Sequence record: PV467749.1
DNA length: 64,000 nucleotides
Source of the DNA: a phage
Reading direction: 5' to 3' (one strand)
Under the pieces are notes generated by a model that searched no databases, had not been told where the DNA came from, and worked only from the letters and a program-made list of their open reading frames with translations. Every line of letters starts with the position of its first letter. Position 1 is the first letter of the stretch. The translations under genes were made by a program, and so were the position numbers. Shown here in pieces: positions 55,892 to 63,790 of the stretch.

Positions 55892-56199
55892 CGTTTTAAT
55901 CTCTCTTAAAAGTGAGTTAGGAGCGTTTCCCCCGTCTCGATGTAAAACATTATACGCCTTTAAACATAGTTTACAAGTACTTTCTACAAATACTTTTAAA
56001 ATAGTTTTCTTTCTATATAGGGAAACTATCATTCAGTACTGAATCAACCAAATCACTACTACACCCCGTAAAACGGCCTCAATCGCATTCTAACGCATTA
56101 TTACACCTAAGCTATACATTTGCACCATTCTAATCATTCCAGTGCGTTACGGGCCGTTTAAACGCGTTAAATTATTTTCAATTATTTTGTTTTTAGGTA

Positions 56200-56227
56200 T
56201 TGACTCAGTACTAAAAAAGCGTATAAT
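56200..56227 (+). promoter_or_regulatory. plus-strand promoter 1 of non-coding hub
   Basis: TTGACT, 16 bp spacer with CAGTACT, TATAAT. Confidence 0.45.
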
Positions 56228-56415
56228 TACTACATAGACGCGAGAAAGCGGATACCCCAGGGGGTGCGGAATTGTGCCCAAAATTCAAGATATAAAAAAA
56301 GGATACACTCCCGCACCCTAGCAGGTAAACGCACTTTCTCAGTACTGAAATATAGTACCATAGTCCGGCCCAGGATAGCAAGCAAATTAATTAAAACTTT
56401 TTTGCTTCCAGGGTA

Positions 56416-56443
56416 TTGCTTTATTTTTTCAGTACTGTATAAT
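56416..56443 (+). promoter_or_regulatory. plus-strand promoter 2 of non-coding hub
   Basis: TTGCTT, 16 bp spacer with CAGTACTG, TATAAT. Confidence 0.4.
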
Positions 56444-56540
56444 AGTTCCATCAAGTCGAGAAAGACTCAAGCCCACCGGGTGCATAGTTACGCCCAAAAT
56501 TCAGTACTGAAAAAATTTTTAAAAATATCCGTCCAGGTCG

Positions 56541-56569
56541 TTGACATTGCCCCCAGTTTATAAGATAAT
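56541..56569 (+). promoter_or_regulatory. plus-strand promoter 3 of non-coding hub
   Basis: TTGACA, 17 bp spacer, GATAAT; faces the iteron cluster. Confidence 0.45.
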
Positions 56570-56659
56570 GATTCCAGATTCAGAAAAATCTAACACCAGA
56601 TACTGCGGGGAAACTATCCCCACGCGGTAGGGGAACTATTGGAAAAAACAAAATAAAAT

Positions 56660-56810
56660 TTTGATTTAGCCGTCTATACTTCCAGACGTGTAACCATCTA
56701 GCCGTTTAGCCGTCCAAACGTCTAGCCATCCAGCCATCCAGAAATCTAGCCGTTTAGCCGTCTAGATGGATAGCCATCTTTACTTCCAGACTTCTGGAGG
56801 GCTAGACATA
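56660..56810. repeat. iteron cluster
   Basis: Short direct repeats TAGCCGT, CCATCCAG, GGCTAGA and twice TACTTCCAGAC within about 150 bp; no ORF. Confidence 0.55.
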
Positions 56811-57180
56811 TCTACGCCCAAAATCCATCCAGGGTAACTACACCCAAAATCCGTCAGTACTATACCATAGATCTATCTTTTGAAAGGGAGTATTCAGTAC
56901 TGCCATCATAGCCCTCACTATGTTACCCTAGGAGGATGAAGACTATCATGTAGTACTGAATACTGTTAGAGGGAATCCACCAGCTTGTGCTGGTGGCATA
57001 ATGCTTTAGATTAAAATCAGTACTGACACCATTCTGTTAATATCAGTACTGTTATTACGATTTTCATATGAGGTTCAAAAAGATGTACCACCACAGGAGG
57101 AACTATCTTTTCTGTACTGTCTCACGACAGGAGGTAGAGTAAATGAATTGTTCGCAGCAACTCATCTCTCTATGTAGAAC

Positions 57181-57209
57181 ATTATACAGTACTGAATCAT
57201 AATGTCAAT
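57181..57209 (-). promoter_or_regulatory. minus-strand promoter facing into the non-coding hub
   Basis: TTGACA 57204-57209, 17 bp spacer with CAGTACTG, TATAAT 57181-57186. Confidence 0.45.
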
Positions 57210-57875
57210 AGCTTTCTTTCATTATTCAGTACTGATATTCTTGAGAACTACCCGACTACAAACATCATTATATCCCACAAATCATAAACGTCCCAACGTA
57301 AATTTCAACTTTCGAAGAACCAACTTTTATTTCATAGGTACTCCAAAATTTTTAGGATCGAGATTTAGGATGGAGTACTAACCAACTTTTTGCTGGAGCC
57401 TCAAGGGGTAATTGAATTTTACCCCGAAGGGTAAAAGGGTAATTGAAATTAAGGTGAAAGTAATAATTCAGTACTAATCATTGCGTGATTACTTTTGATT
57501 ACATTTGATGTAATTTGCAAAATGGAAAAGGAGCTTGGAAACTACAAAGTACGGCAGACTTCCTCTGCCTACTTAGTGACATATCGACACCTTCAGTACT
57601 GAATACTTTTAGGGCAGTACTGAATCCTTCCCTAGCATTCTTGAGTAATCTTGTCTATAATAATCAGTACTGAATCATATATAATCATTCTGTGATTCTA
57701 CGGTGCTCATATAAATGTTTATATATGATTACTTATGACTACATATGATTACGGGGTTTAGCCTGGGGAGAATCCTAGTGATCGCATTTGTCCAGGCTGA
57801 ATTTTAACAATTCTTCTAATTGTTAAAGCCTGTCCAATGCTTTCCCTGCGGAGCTTCCCCTGTCTATATGTTGAA

Positions 57876-58082
57876 TTACTTCCTATATATAAGCATTAAC
57901 ATATAGTAGTACTGATTATGCTGTACATTCTCTTTAATATTATAAGGGTCTATAGCAATCTCGGTACATCTGTTAAATGCATATCTATTAAATGCCAGTA
58001 CTATTATAGATCTAATCCATGCTTGGTCAGTCGGTGGTAGTTTACTTATATAGTACTCTTTATAGTTTTTTATGTTCTGCAT
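57876..58082 (-). CDS. family C small protein
   Basis: 68 aa; conserved N-terminal K-[EY]-YY-x-KL and C-terminal Y..L.LIYR. Confidence 0.5.
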   Translation of the reverse strand: MQNIKNYKEYYISKLPPTDQAWIRSIIVLAFNRYAFNRCTEIAIDPYNIKENVQHNQYYYMLMLIYRK

Positions 58083-58093
58083 AGTATACCTTA

Positions 58094-58285
58094 TTATTTC
58101 AAAGTACCATATAGTACTCTTAATAGGAAGTAGTACGTATTAGAGATATCATTAGTAGTTAAAACAATCTTAGTACACATATTAAATTCGTATTGAGTCA
58201 TTGCCAGGGGGATTAAATTGTTAACCCATGCTTGTTCGTTTTCTTTGAGTTTACTTATATAGAAATCTTTATGTTCTTTATTCAT
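58094..58285 (-). CDS. family C small protein
   Basis: 63 aa; MNKEHKDFYISKL...LLRVLYG. Confidence 0.5.
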   Translation of the reverse strand: MNKEHKDFYISKLKENEQAWVNNLIPLAMTQYEFNMCTKIVLTTNDISNTYYFLLRVLYGTLK

Positions 58286-58487
58286 ATAGGAATAGTATAC
58301 CTATGATGCCGGAGTACATATTAGTACTGTTATTATTGTCGTTTGCGTTTAAGGTCATTTGAATACAATTATTGTAGCATAATCTGCCGAAATATGTATC
58401 AGTACTTAAAGGTGCTGTAGTCCTTAGAAACATTTGTTCTGTGGGGCTGAGGTGTTTGGAGTAGAATTCTTTATGTTCTTTATTCAT
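58278..58487 (-). CDS. family C small protein
   Basis: 69 aa; MNKEHKEFYSKHL; near-copy of 58861-59067. Confidence 0.5.
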   Translation of the reverse strand: MNKEHKEFYSKHLSPTEQMFLRTTAPLSTDTYFGRLCYNNCIQMTLNANDNNNSTNMYSGIIGILFLYE

Positions 58488-58492
58488 ATTAG

Positions 58493-58678
58493 TTAGTGTC
58501 TGTATATAAGTAATAGTAAGAATACGTACTGCACCTGTTCATCTTTAGTATTGAGTACTGTACGTATTGCGTCATGGAACAAGAATATAGTACTTGGGTC
58601 ATTAGAATTTAAGGGGTTTACGGGGACGGCGTGTTTGTAGTTCCCTTTAACAAATTGTATATAGTATTCTCTATGCAT
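58493..58678 (-). CDS. family C small protein
   Basis: 61 aa; MHREYYIQF...LLLLIYRH. Confidence 0.5.
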   Translation of the reverse strand: MHREYYIQFVKGNYKHAVPVNPLNSNDPSTIFLFHDAIRTVLNTKDEQVQYVFLLLLIYRH

Positions 58679-58679
58679 A

Positions 58680-58868
58680 TCAGTACCTATATATTAGGGC
58701 GAGAATGTAGTACAGTTTATATGTATTATAATCTGGGTTGATAGCACATAGTGTGTGGTAGTGGAATTGTTTGGTATTTTTCTTATCCTTGATATCTATT
58801 GGGATTTGTGGTATAAGCATTTGGGAGTTTAGATCGAGATGGCTTAAGTAGAATTCTTTGTTATTCAT
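58680..58868 (-). CDS. family C small protein
   Basis: 62 aa; MNNKEFYLSHL...ILALIYRY. Confidence 0.5.
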   Translation of the reverse strand: MNNKEFYLSHLDLNSQMLIPQIPIDIKDKKNTKQFHYHTLCAINPDYNTYKLYYILALIYRY

Positions 58869-59067
58869 AGAAGAATATTAGTCCCATTACGCCTGAGTAT
58901 TGAATATTTTTGTTATTGTTTTCTAAAGCTTCTAGAGTAATACGTATACAATTATTAAAGCAATCTCTGGCGTGTGGTGTATCTAAACGTAAAGGTGATA
59001 CACTCCTTAGAAACATTTGTTCTGATGCACTGAGGTGTTTGGTGTAAAATTCTTTCTGTTCGTTCAT
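58861..59067 (-). CDS. family C small protein
   Basis: 68 aa; MNEQKEFYTKHL. Confidence 0.5.
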   Translation of the reverse strand: MNEQKEFYTKHLSASEQMFLRSVSPLRLDTPHARDCFNNCIRITLEALENNNKNIQYSGVMGLIFFYE

Positions 59068-59077
59068 ATTGGCCTCT

Positions 59078-59266
59078 TTAGTACACGAAAGCTAGGTACA
59101 GTACATGATACAGTACTCGATGATAGCTATCAAAATCTAGTATACATGCTTTAGTGCACATAGTAAAGTACACTTTATCGTTTTGAGCATTGATACCGCG
59201 AGGTTTATCTAATAGATTAGTACTGAGGTACATTGGGAAATATTTTGTGTAGTATTCTTTATGCAT
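59078..59266 (-). CDS. family C small protein
   Basis: About 62 aa from the internal ATG (MHKEYYTKYF); track ORF 59078-59311 is longer. Confidence 0.45.
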   Translation of the reverse strand: MHKEYYTKYFPMYLSTNLLDKPRGINAQNDKVYFTMCTKACILDFDSYHRVLYHVLYLAFVY

Positions 59267-59267
59267 A

Positions 59268-59450
59268 TTAGTACCTGAATATAAGTAGGATAGTGTTATA
59301 TAATTGGTCATAGCTACTACTATTTTCTATACTGCGTTCTATGCAATTATTGAATCCCAGTACTGCCAAATCGTTATCCAGGGGGACTTTATATCTGGCG
59401 TAGTGTTCAAATATACTGGGGAGAAATTGTGTGTAGTATTCTTTGTGCAT
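59268..59450 (-). CDS. family C small protein
   Basis: 60 aa; MHKEYYTQFL...ILLIFRY. Confidence 0.5.
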   Translation of the reverse strand: MHKEYYTQFLPSIFEHYARYKVPLDNDLAVLGFNNCIERSIENSSSYDQLYNTILLIFRY

Positions 59451-59451
59451 A

Positions 59452-59643
59452 TTAGTACTTATATATTAGTAAAAGGATGTGATACAGTACTCTATTATAG
59501 TCCTCAATATATATCGAGGATTTAGTGCACTGAATGAAGTAGTCTTTTTCGTAGTCTTTTTCTATACTCAATTGTTTTGTTGGTACAAGGTGTTGGAGAT
59601 ACATTGGGAGTTTCTCTATGTAGTATTCTTTGTGGTTATTCAT
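59452..59643 (-). CDS. family C small protein
   Basis: 63 aa; MNNHKEYYIEKL...ILLLIYKY. Confidence 0.5.
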   Translation of the reverse strand: MNNHKEYYIEKLPMYLQHLVPTKQLSIEKDYEKDYFIQCTKSSIYIEDYNRVLYHILLLIYKY

Positions 59644-59651
59644 ATTATGTG

Positions 59652-59825
59652 TTATTTCGTGAAAACAAGGGTTAGTACTGCATAGTACAAGTCATACGTA
59701 TCTTTAGGGTTAATAGCACCTTTAATACATTCTTTCATTACTTCATTATAGATAATTTTAGTACTGAATGTATTGGATGTTACTATATCGGAATTAAGGT
59801 ACGAGAGGTAGAATTCTTTATACAT
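59652..59825 (-). CDS. family C small protein
   Basis: About 57 aa from the internal ATG (MYKEFYLSYL); track ORF 59652-59888 is longer. Confidence 0.45.
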   Translation of the reverse strand: MYKEFYLSYLNSDIVTSNTFSTKIIYNEVMKECIKGAINPKDTYDLYYAVLTLVFTK

Positions 59826-60477
59826 AGTTTGAAATATACGTAATGAGGTGATGAAATTTCTTATCAGTACTGATAAGTTCCTGTACATGTTTTGTTAGTT
59901 TGTACGCGTTTTTATAGAGTCCTGGATTATCGATTACAGTACTGTACATGAATTCTTCTTCCTCGGATAATTCTTTGTGTTCTAGTTCTTTGAGGAATTG
60001 CAGTACTGTATCAGTTTCGTTAGTACGTTGCTTTTGGAAGAAGTGCATGTTATCGTGTATTTTTTCTGAACCCATGCAGTACATATCGCCGATTTGGAAT
60101 TGTGCAGTACTGATATCATGGGTGCTATTACAATTCCCGAAGAAGTATACATTCCCGAAAGATAGAATTATAGTGCACGGGATATTATCCATGTGTATAT
60201 AGATAGATGCATTCTTTAGTGCTTTTGTGCTGGTATTAGTACTCAATACTTTTAAATCAGTATTATAGATATTAATAAAAGCAAGAGCTATATTATTTTT
60301 CTTCAAGTACGATTTGAGGTTCTTAGATACGAGAACATTTCTGGATTTTTTCTTTTTATTTCGTTTCTTTAGTACACACGGGTCGTAAGTATATGCTGGT
60401 GTAAAAGATTCTGCTTGAATACTGTTGAGGTATTTAAAGTGCTTAAGGTATTGTTTGCTGTGTGCATTAAGTTTCAT
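59818..60477 (-). CDS. family A-like protein embedded in family C array
   Basis: 219 aa; motif LSEEEEFMYSTVID (FM in place of FQ). Confidence 0.5.
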   Translation of the reverse strand: MKLNAHSKQYLKHFKYLNSIQAESFTPAYTYDPCVLKKRNKKKKSRNVLVSKNLKSYLKKNNIALAFINIYNTDLKVLSTNTSTKALKNASIYIHMDNIPCTIILSFGNVYFFGNCNSTHDISTAQFQIGDMYCMGSEKIHDNMHFFQKQRTNETDTVLQFLKELEHKELSEEEEFMYSTVIDNPGLYKNAYKLTKHVQELISTDKKFHHLITYISNYV

Positions 60478-60487
60478 TTGGTTTCCT

Positions 60488-60667
60488 TTATACAGATGCG
60501 AGAGCGAGGATTTCCCTGAAGGGATTATCTTTTGTTAGTGCGTGATGAATGCAGCTATTGAGATTAATATTTTTAGTACTATTAGTTGCCAGGTTGTAGT
60601 ACTTCACGAAGGTGTCGTACATGAAACGGTCTTTAATGCTTATGTGTTCTATATAGTATTCTTGCAT
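60488..60667 (-). CDS. family C small protein (below ORF-track cutoff)
   Basis: 59 aa ORF read by hand (MQEYYIEHISIKDRF...). Confidence 0.4.
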   Translation of the reverse strand: MQEYYIEHISIKDRFMYDTFVKYYNLATNSTKNINLNSCIHHALTKDNPFREILALASV

Positions 60668-60675
60668 ATTATTCC

Positions 60676-60864
60676 TTACATAGAGATGAGTTTCAGTACA
60701 TCAATATACATATAACGTTCAGATGACAGTACACGGGTAGTGATAATCTCAATCGATATATTTTTAATTCCATGTGCAGATGATTGATGGTGCTGAATAA
60801 ATGAGTTGTGCATACTTTGTTCTATGTGGTTTAGTTTATTGAAGTAGTACTCAAAAGTGTTCAT
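60676..60864 (-). CDS. family C small protein, subgroup VLKLI
   Basis: 62 aa; MNTFEYYFNKL...YIDVLKLISM. Confidence 0.5.
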   Translation of the reverse strand: MNTFEYYFNKLNHIEQSMHNSFIQHHQSSAHGIKNISIEIITTRVLSSERYMYIDVLKLISM

Positions 60865-60871
60865 GTCTACC

Positions 60872-61051
60872 TTAGATTAAGATTAGTTTAAGTACTTCTC
60901 TGTACGTGTACTTTTCGTTTTGTGCTTCTACTGTACACGAGAGTAGATAACGTTTTTTATCTCTTTTGTTCCCGACTGTGTAGTACCTTTGGAATTTATT
61001 ATAGTTGTATCTATCTTTGTGCTGGAGGTTATAGATATAGAATTCTTGCAT
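60872..61051 (-). CDS. family C small protein, subgroup VLKLI (below ORF-track cutoff)
   Basis: 59 aa ORF read by hand (MQEFYIYNL...YTYREVLKLILI). Confidence 0.4.
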   Translation of the reverse strand: MQEFYIYNLQHKDRYNYNKFQRYYTVGNKRDKKRYLLSCTVEAQNEKYTYREVLKLILI

Positions 61052-61059
61052 AGAGTACC

Positions 61060-61245
61060 TTAGATTGCTATCAGTTTGAGTACTTCAATATATGTGCGGT
61101 ACTCTGCTTTAATTAAATTTGTACACACTGTAAGGGAATTTCTTTGTATAAGTTTATTGCCGCTTTTATACGCATTTCTCCACACATAGAGATGAGATCT
61201 TTCAGGCATAGATAGTTTATTTGTATAGTACTCAAATGTGTTCAT
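61060..61245 (-). CDS. family C small protein, subgroup VLKLI
   Basis: 61 aa; MNTFEYYTNKL...YIEVLKLIAI. Confidence 0.5.
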   Translation of the reverse strand: MNTFEYYTNKLSMPERSHLYVWRNAYKSGNKLIQRNSLTVCTNLIKAEYRTYIEVLKLIAI

Positions 61246-61253
61246 ATATTACC

Positions 61254-61436
61254 TCAAATAGAGATTAGTTTAAGTACTTCTCTGTATGTGTACTTTTCGT
61301 TTTGTGCATCTCTTGTGCTTGTATATAGGTATCCTCGACGATATTTGTTGCTCCCGTTCTTGTAGTTGAATTCGAACTTATTGTAGATGAATCTATCGCC
61401 AGGCTGTAATTTACTTAAGTACAATTCAATGTTCAT
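61254..61436 (-). CDS. family C small protein, subgroup VLKLI
   Basis: About 60 aa from the internal ATG (MNIELYLSKL...YTYREVLKLISI). Confidence 0.45.
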   Translation of the reverse strand: MNIELYLSKLQPGDRFIYNKFEFNYKNGSNKYRRGYLYTSTRDAQNEKYTYREVLKLISI

Positions 61437-61446
61437 AGTATTCTCT

Positions 61447-61632
61447 TTACATATCAATAAGTTTCAGTACTGCTCTGTACGTGTACTTAGTTGTTAGTGC
61501 TTCTTTTATAGCAATACAGAAGTAATGTTGTTTGTCTCTTATACTACCGCGTTTGTAGTACCATACATTGGAGTTGTGGGTGTACTTGTCCCTGTCGGAT
61601 AGATTTTGGTAATAGTATAATATATGATTCAT
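61447..61632 (-). CDS. family C small protein, subgroup VLKLI
   Basis: 61 aa; ...YTYRAVLKLIDM. Confidence 0.5.
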   Translation of the reverse strand: MNHILYYYQNLSDRDKYTHNSNVWYYKRGSIRDKQHYFCIAIKEALTTKYTYRAVLKLIDM

Positions 61633-61841
61633 GGTAATGTAATTAGCCTTATTATGTTAAAGTACTCGGTCCCTGGTACACCTTGTAGAATATTATCAAC
61701 TACATTTTCTTGGTGCAGGATTAATACATTCGGTGCGGTTCTTTTAAGGTTTTTTAAAGTACTGTATTCTTGTTTAAGGATGAACTGTACATCTTTAGGG
61801 AGAATATCTAAGTAGTACTGGTGTATGTTCATAGTTTTCAT
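61629..61841 (-). CDS. family C small protein
   Basis: 70 aa; MKTMNIHQYYLDIL...IIRLITLP. Confidence 0.5.
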   Translation of the reverse strand: MKTMNIHQYYLDILPKDVQFILKQEYSTLKNLKRTAPNVLILHQENVVDNILQGVPGTEYFNIIRLITLP

Positions 61842-61852
61842 ATAGTACTCTT

Positions 61853-62038
61853 TTAGAACTTAAAGATGAGGTTCATGATAGATAAGTACTTAGTTTCAGG
61901 AAATTGATGTTCTATTGCATAACGTGTCTCCAGTCTGAAGTCAAATTTATAAAAGGGACTATTCATATCCATAGGTTCATTGGGAAATGAATCTCTGTAT
62001 TGTTTGTGCAGCTTACTACAGTAGAATTCTTTATACAT
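61853..62038 (-). CDS. family C small protein
   Basis: 61 aa; MYKEFYCSKL...IMNLIFKF. Confidence 0.5.
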   Translation of the reverse strand: MYKEFYCSKLHKQYRDSFPNEPMDMNSPFYKFDFRLETRYAIEHQFPETKYLSIMNLIFKF

Positions 62039-62039
62039 A

Positions 62040-62252
62040 TTAGTGCTCGATTAAAAGGGTTAGGATGTAATAGTATTGCATACTTTCTACCCCTTGTACA
62101 GCATTTCTTATTTTATTATTCCTGTACGAGTTCAAGAGTTTAGGACAATGTTTGAAGTTTATATAATTATTTTGTGTATACAGTAGGCTTTCTCGTAGAC
62201 CTTTTGTTGGTAGTGCATCAATGTAGTACTGTTCAATGTTCATAGTGTTCAT
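62040..62252 (-). CDS. family C small protein
   Basis: 70 aa; MNTMNIEQYYIDAL...ILTLLIEH. Confidence 0.5.
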   Translation of the reverse strand: MNTMNIEQYYIDALPTKGLRESLLYTQNNYINFKHCPKLLNSYRNNKIRNAVQGVESMQYYYILTLLIEH

Positions 62253-62476
62253 AGAGCTACCAGTACTAAGATTTTTGATAATTGTTTATTGCTATCCCCG
62301 CAGATGTTGCTGTGTAAAATACTCACTACAAGGGTATCAAGTGCATTGTTCAGCATAAGGTTACATCCAGTACTGTTATGTGTTTTTAGCTCAATTAGCC
62401 ACGAACTATCCGCGAGAAACTTCGCGTACTCTAGTTCATTTAGAGTATTAATGTAGTACTTAAGTGTAGTTGTCAT
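62249..62476 (-). CDS. family C-like small protein, first gene of array
   Basis: 75 aa; MTTTLKYYINTL...ILVLVAL. Confidence 0.45.
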   Translation of the reverse strand: MTTTLKYYINTLNELEYAKFLADSSWLIELKTHNSTGCNLMLNNALDTLVVSILHSNICGDSNKQLSKILVLVAL

Positions 62477-62562
62477 GTACAGTTCTCCTTATATTCCTTA
62501 TATTCCTTCTATAGTACATCAGTACTGAAAGGTTGTCAAGGGTTTTCTTTTTGGGGTAAATA

Positions 62563-62571
62563 TGATATAAT
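62563..62571 (+). promoter_or_regulatory. extended -10 promoter
   Basis: TGaTATAAT about 15 bp upstream of AGGAGG SD and ATG 62588; no good -35 at 17 bp. Confidence 0.35.
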
Positions 62572-62587
62572 GAATAAAGGAGGAAAT

Positions 62588-63724
62588 ATGTTACCTTTTG
62601 CAAGAATGGTTAAGTACGGGAACGTAGCACCAGATAAACTAAAAATACGTGATATTGTTGCAGGTGCTAATTCATTATTACTAATAACCGAGGATAATGA
62701 ATTATGGGTGCGTGGTAATAATGCGTATGGCAAATTAGGTATAGGAACTGATACTATAGTGAATGTAACCGAGTGGACTAAAGTTAGAGATGATGTTAAG
62801 TTTGCTTGTGCTAGTAATTTAGTATGCGTTGTATTAACTGTAGATAATAAAATTTTCTACTGTGGTGATCAATGGTTTGAATCTGGTGGTTCGACAAGTT
62901 CTAAAGTTGTTACATGGAAAGATGTTACGACACAATTTAGTGCAGTGAATCTAAGCACAGTTCGTGAAATGAAAATAACTTATTATTGTGTAGGATTACT
63001 TACAAATGATAATAGATTATATGCTAAAGGATATGATAATAACCAATCATTTGGTGGTTCAACAAGCAAAGTTAATGCTGTATTAGTTGCGTCAAATGTT
63101 TCAAAATTCTACACTTCTCTATCTGGTACTATATATTCTAGTACTACTGGTGGTTACTACCGCTGTGGTATAAGCAATACTGGAGCATTGGGTACTAGCA
63201 CAAATTTAACTTCTTATAATTTGTACTCTGCTCCCGAATTTGCATCCGAATGTGCAGTTGGTATGTCAACATTAAACTCTGGTATATTATATTATGATAC
63301 TAATGGTATCACTAGATATGTTATAGCAGGTCAAAATAGAAATTATCAACTAGGTAATTCTTCTTCAAATACCACAAACGTATATTCGTATACAGAATTA
63401 ACCGGATATAGAGGCAGGTTTAGGGATTTGTGGAGTGATATGAATAACTCTGTTCTTTCTTTTGCTATAAGCACAGATGGCAATACTTTATATTATGCTG
63501 GTACTAACAATACACTATCTTCTGGTGATCCTGGTGTTGAATATTCATCTGCATTTAAAGAAGTACCACACGGGTTTAATGATATAACAAAGGTGGTATC
63601 GTTAGCCTATCTATCTATAGTGCAAGATTCAACTGGATGGTATTATTCTGGAAATGCAACTACGTTATATGGTTTGCCATCGAGTGATGAATTTATACCA
63701 TTACCATTACCAACAATAATTTAA
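62588..63724 (+). CDS. RCC1-like repeat protein
   Basis: 378 aa from ATG after AGGAGG SD; repeats such as VRGNNAYGKLGIG and YAKGYDNNQSFGG. Confidence 0.5.
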   Translation: MLPFARMVKYGNVAPDKLKIRDIVAGANSLLLITEDNELWVRGNNAYGKLGIGTDTIVNVTEWTKVRDDVKFACASNLVCVVLTVDNKIFYCGDQWFESGGSTSSKVVTWKDVTTQFSAVNLSTVREMKITYYCVGLLTNDNRLYAKGYDNNQSFGGSTSKVNAVLVASNVSKFYTSLSGTIYSSTTGGYYRCGISNTGALGTSTNLTSYNLYSAPEFASECAVGMSTLNSGILYYDTNGITRYVIAGQNRNYQLGNSSSNTTNVYSYTELTGYRGRFRDLWSDMNNSVLSFAISTDGNTLYYAGTNNTLSSGDPGVEYSSAFKEVPHGFNDITKVVSLAYLSIVQDSTGWYYSGNATTLYGLPSSDEFIPLPLPTII

Positions 63725-63730
63725 ATACAG

Positions 63731-63757
63731 GCCAGTACTTGATACTGGCTTTTTTTG
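63731..63757 (+). terminator. intrinsic terminator
   Basis: Hairpin GCCAGTA-cttga-TACTGGC 63731-63749 followed by T7. Confidence 0.6.
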
Positions 63758-63790
63758 ATTAAATATAGTATAATGAATAAGGGAGGGAAT

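Noticed and set aside
56230-56563. ORFs 56230-56454 (minus) and 56264-56563 (plus) in the non-coding hub
   Set aside because: They span tandem promoter copies and repeat elements, have no SD, and their sequence is explained by the repeated promoter and dyad-box units.
56033-57875. Mobile element or insertion sequence in the repeat-rich non-coding hub
   Set aside because: No transposase or integrase ORF, no terminal inverted repeats bounding a unit and no target-site duplication; the repeats are short iterons and promoter copies.
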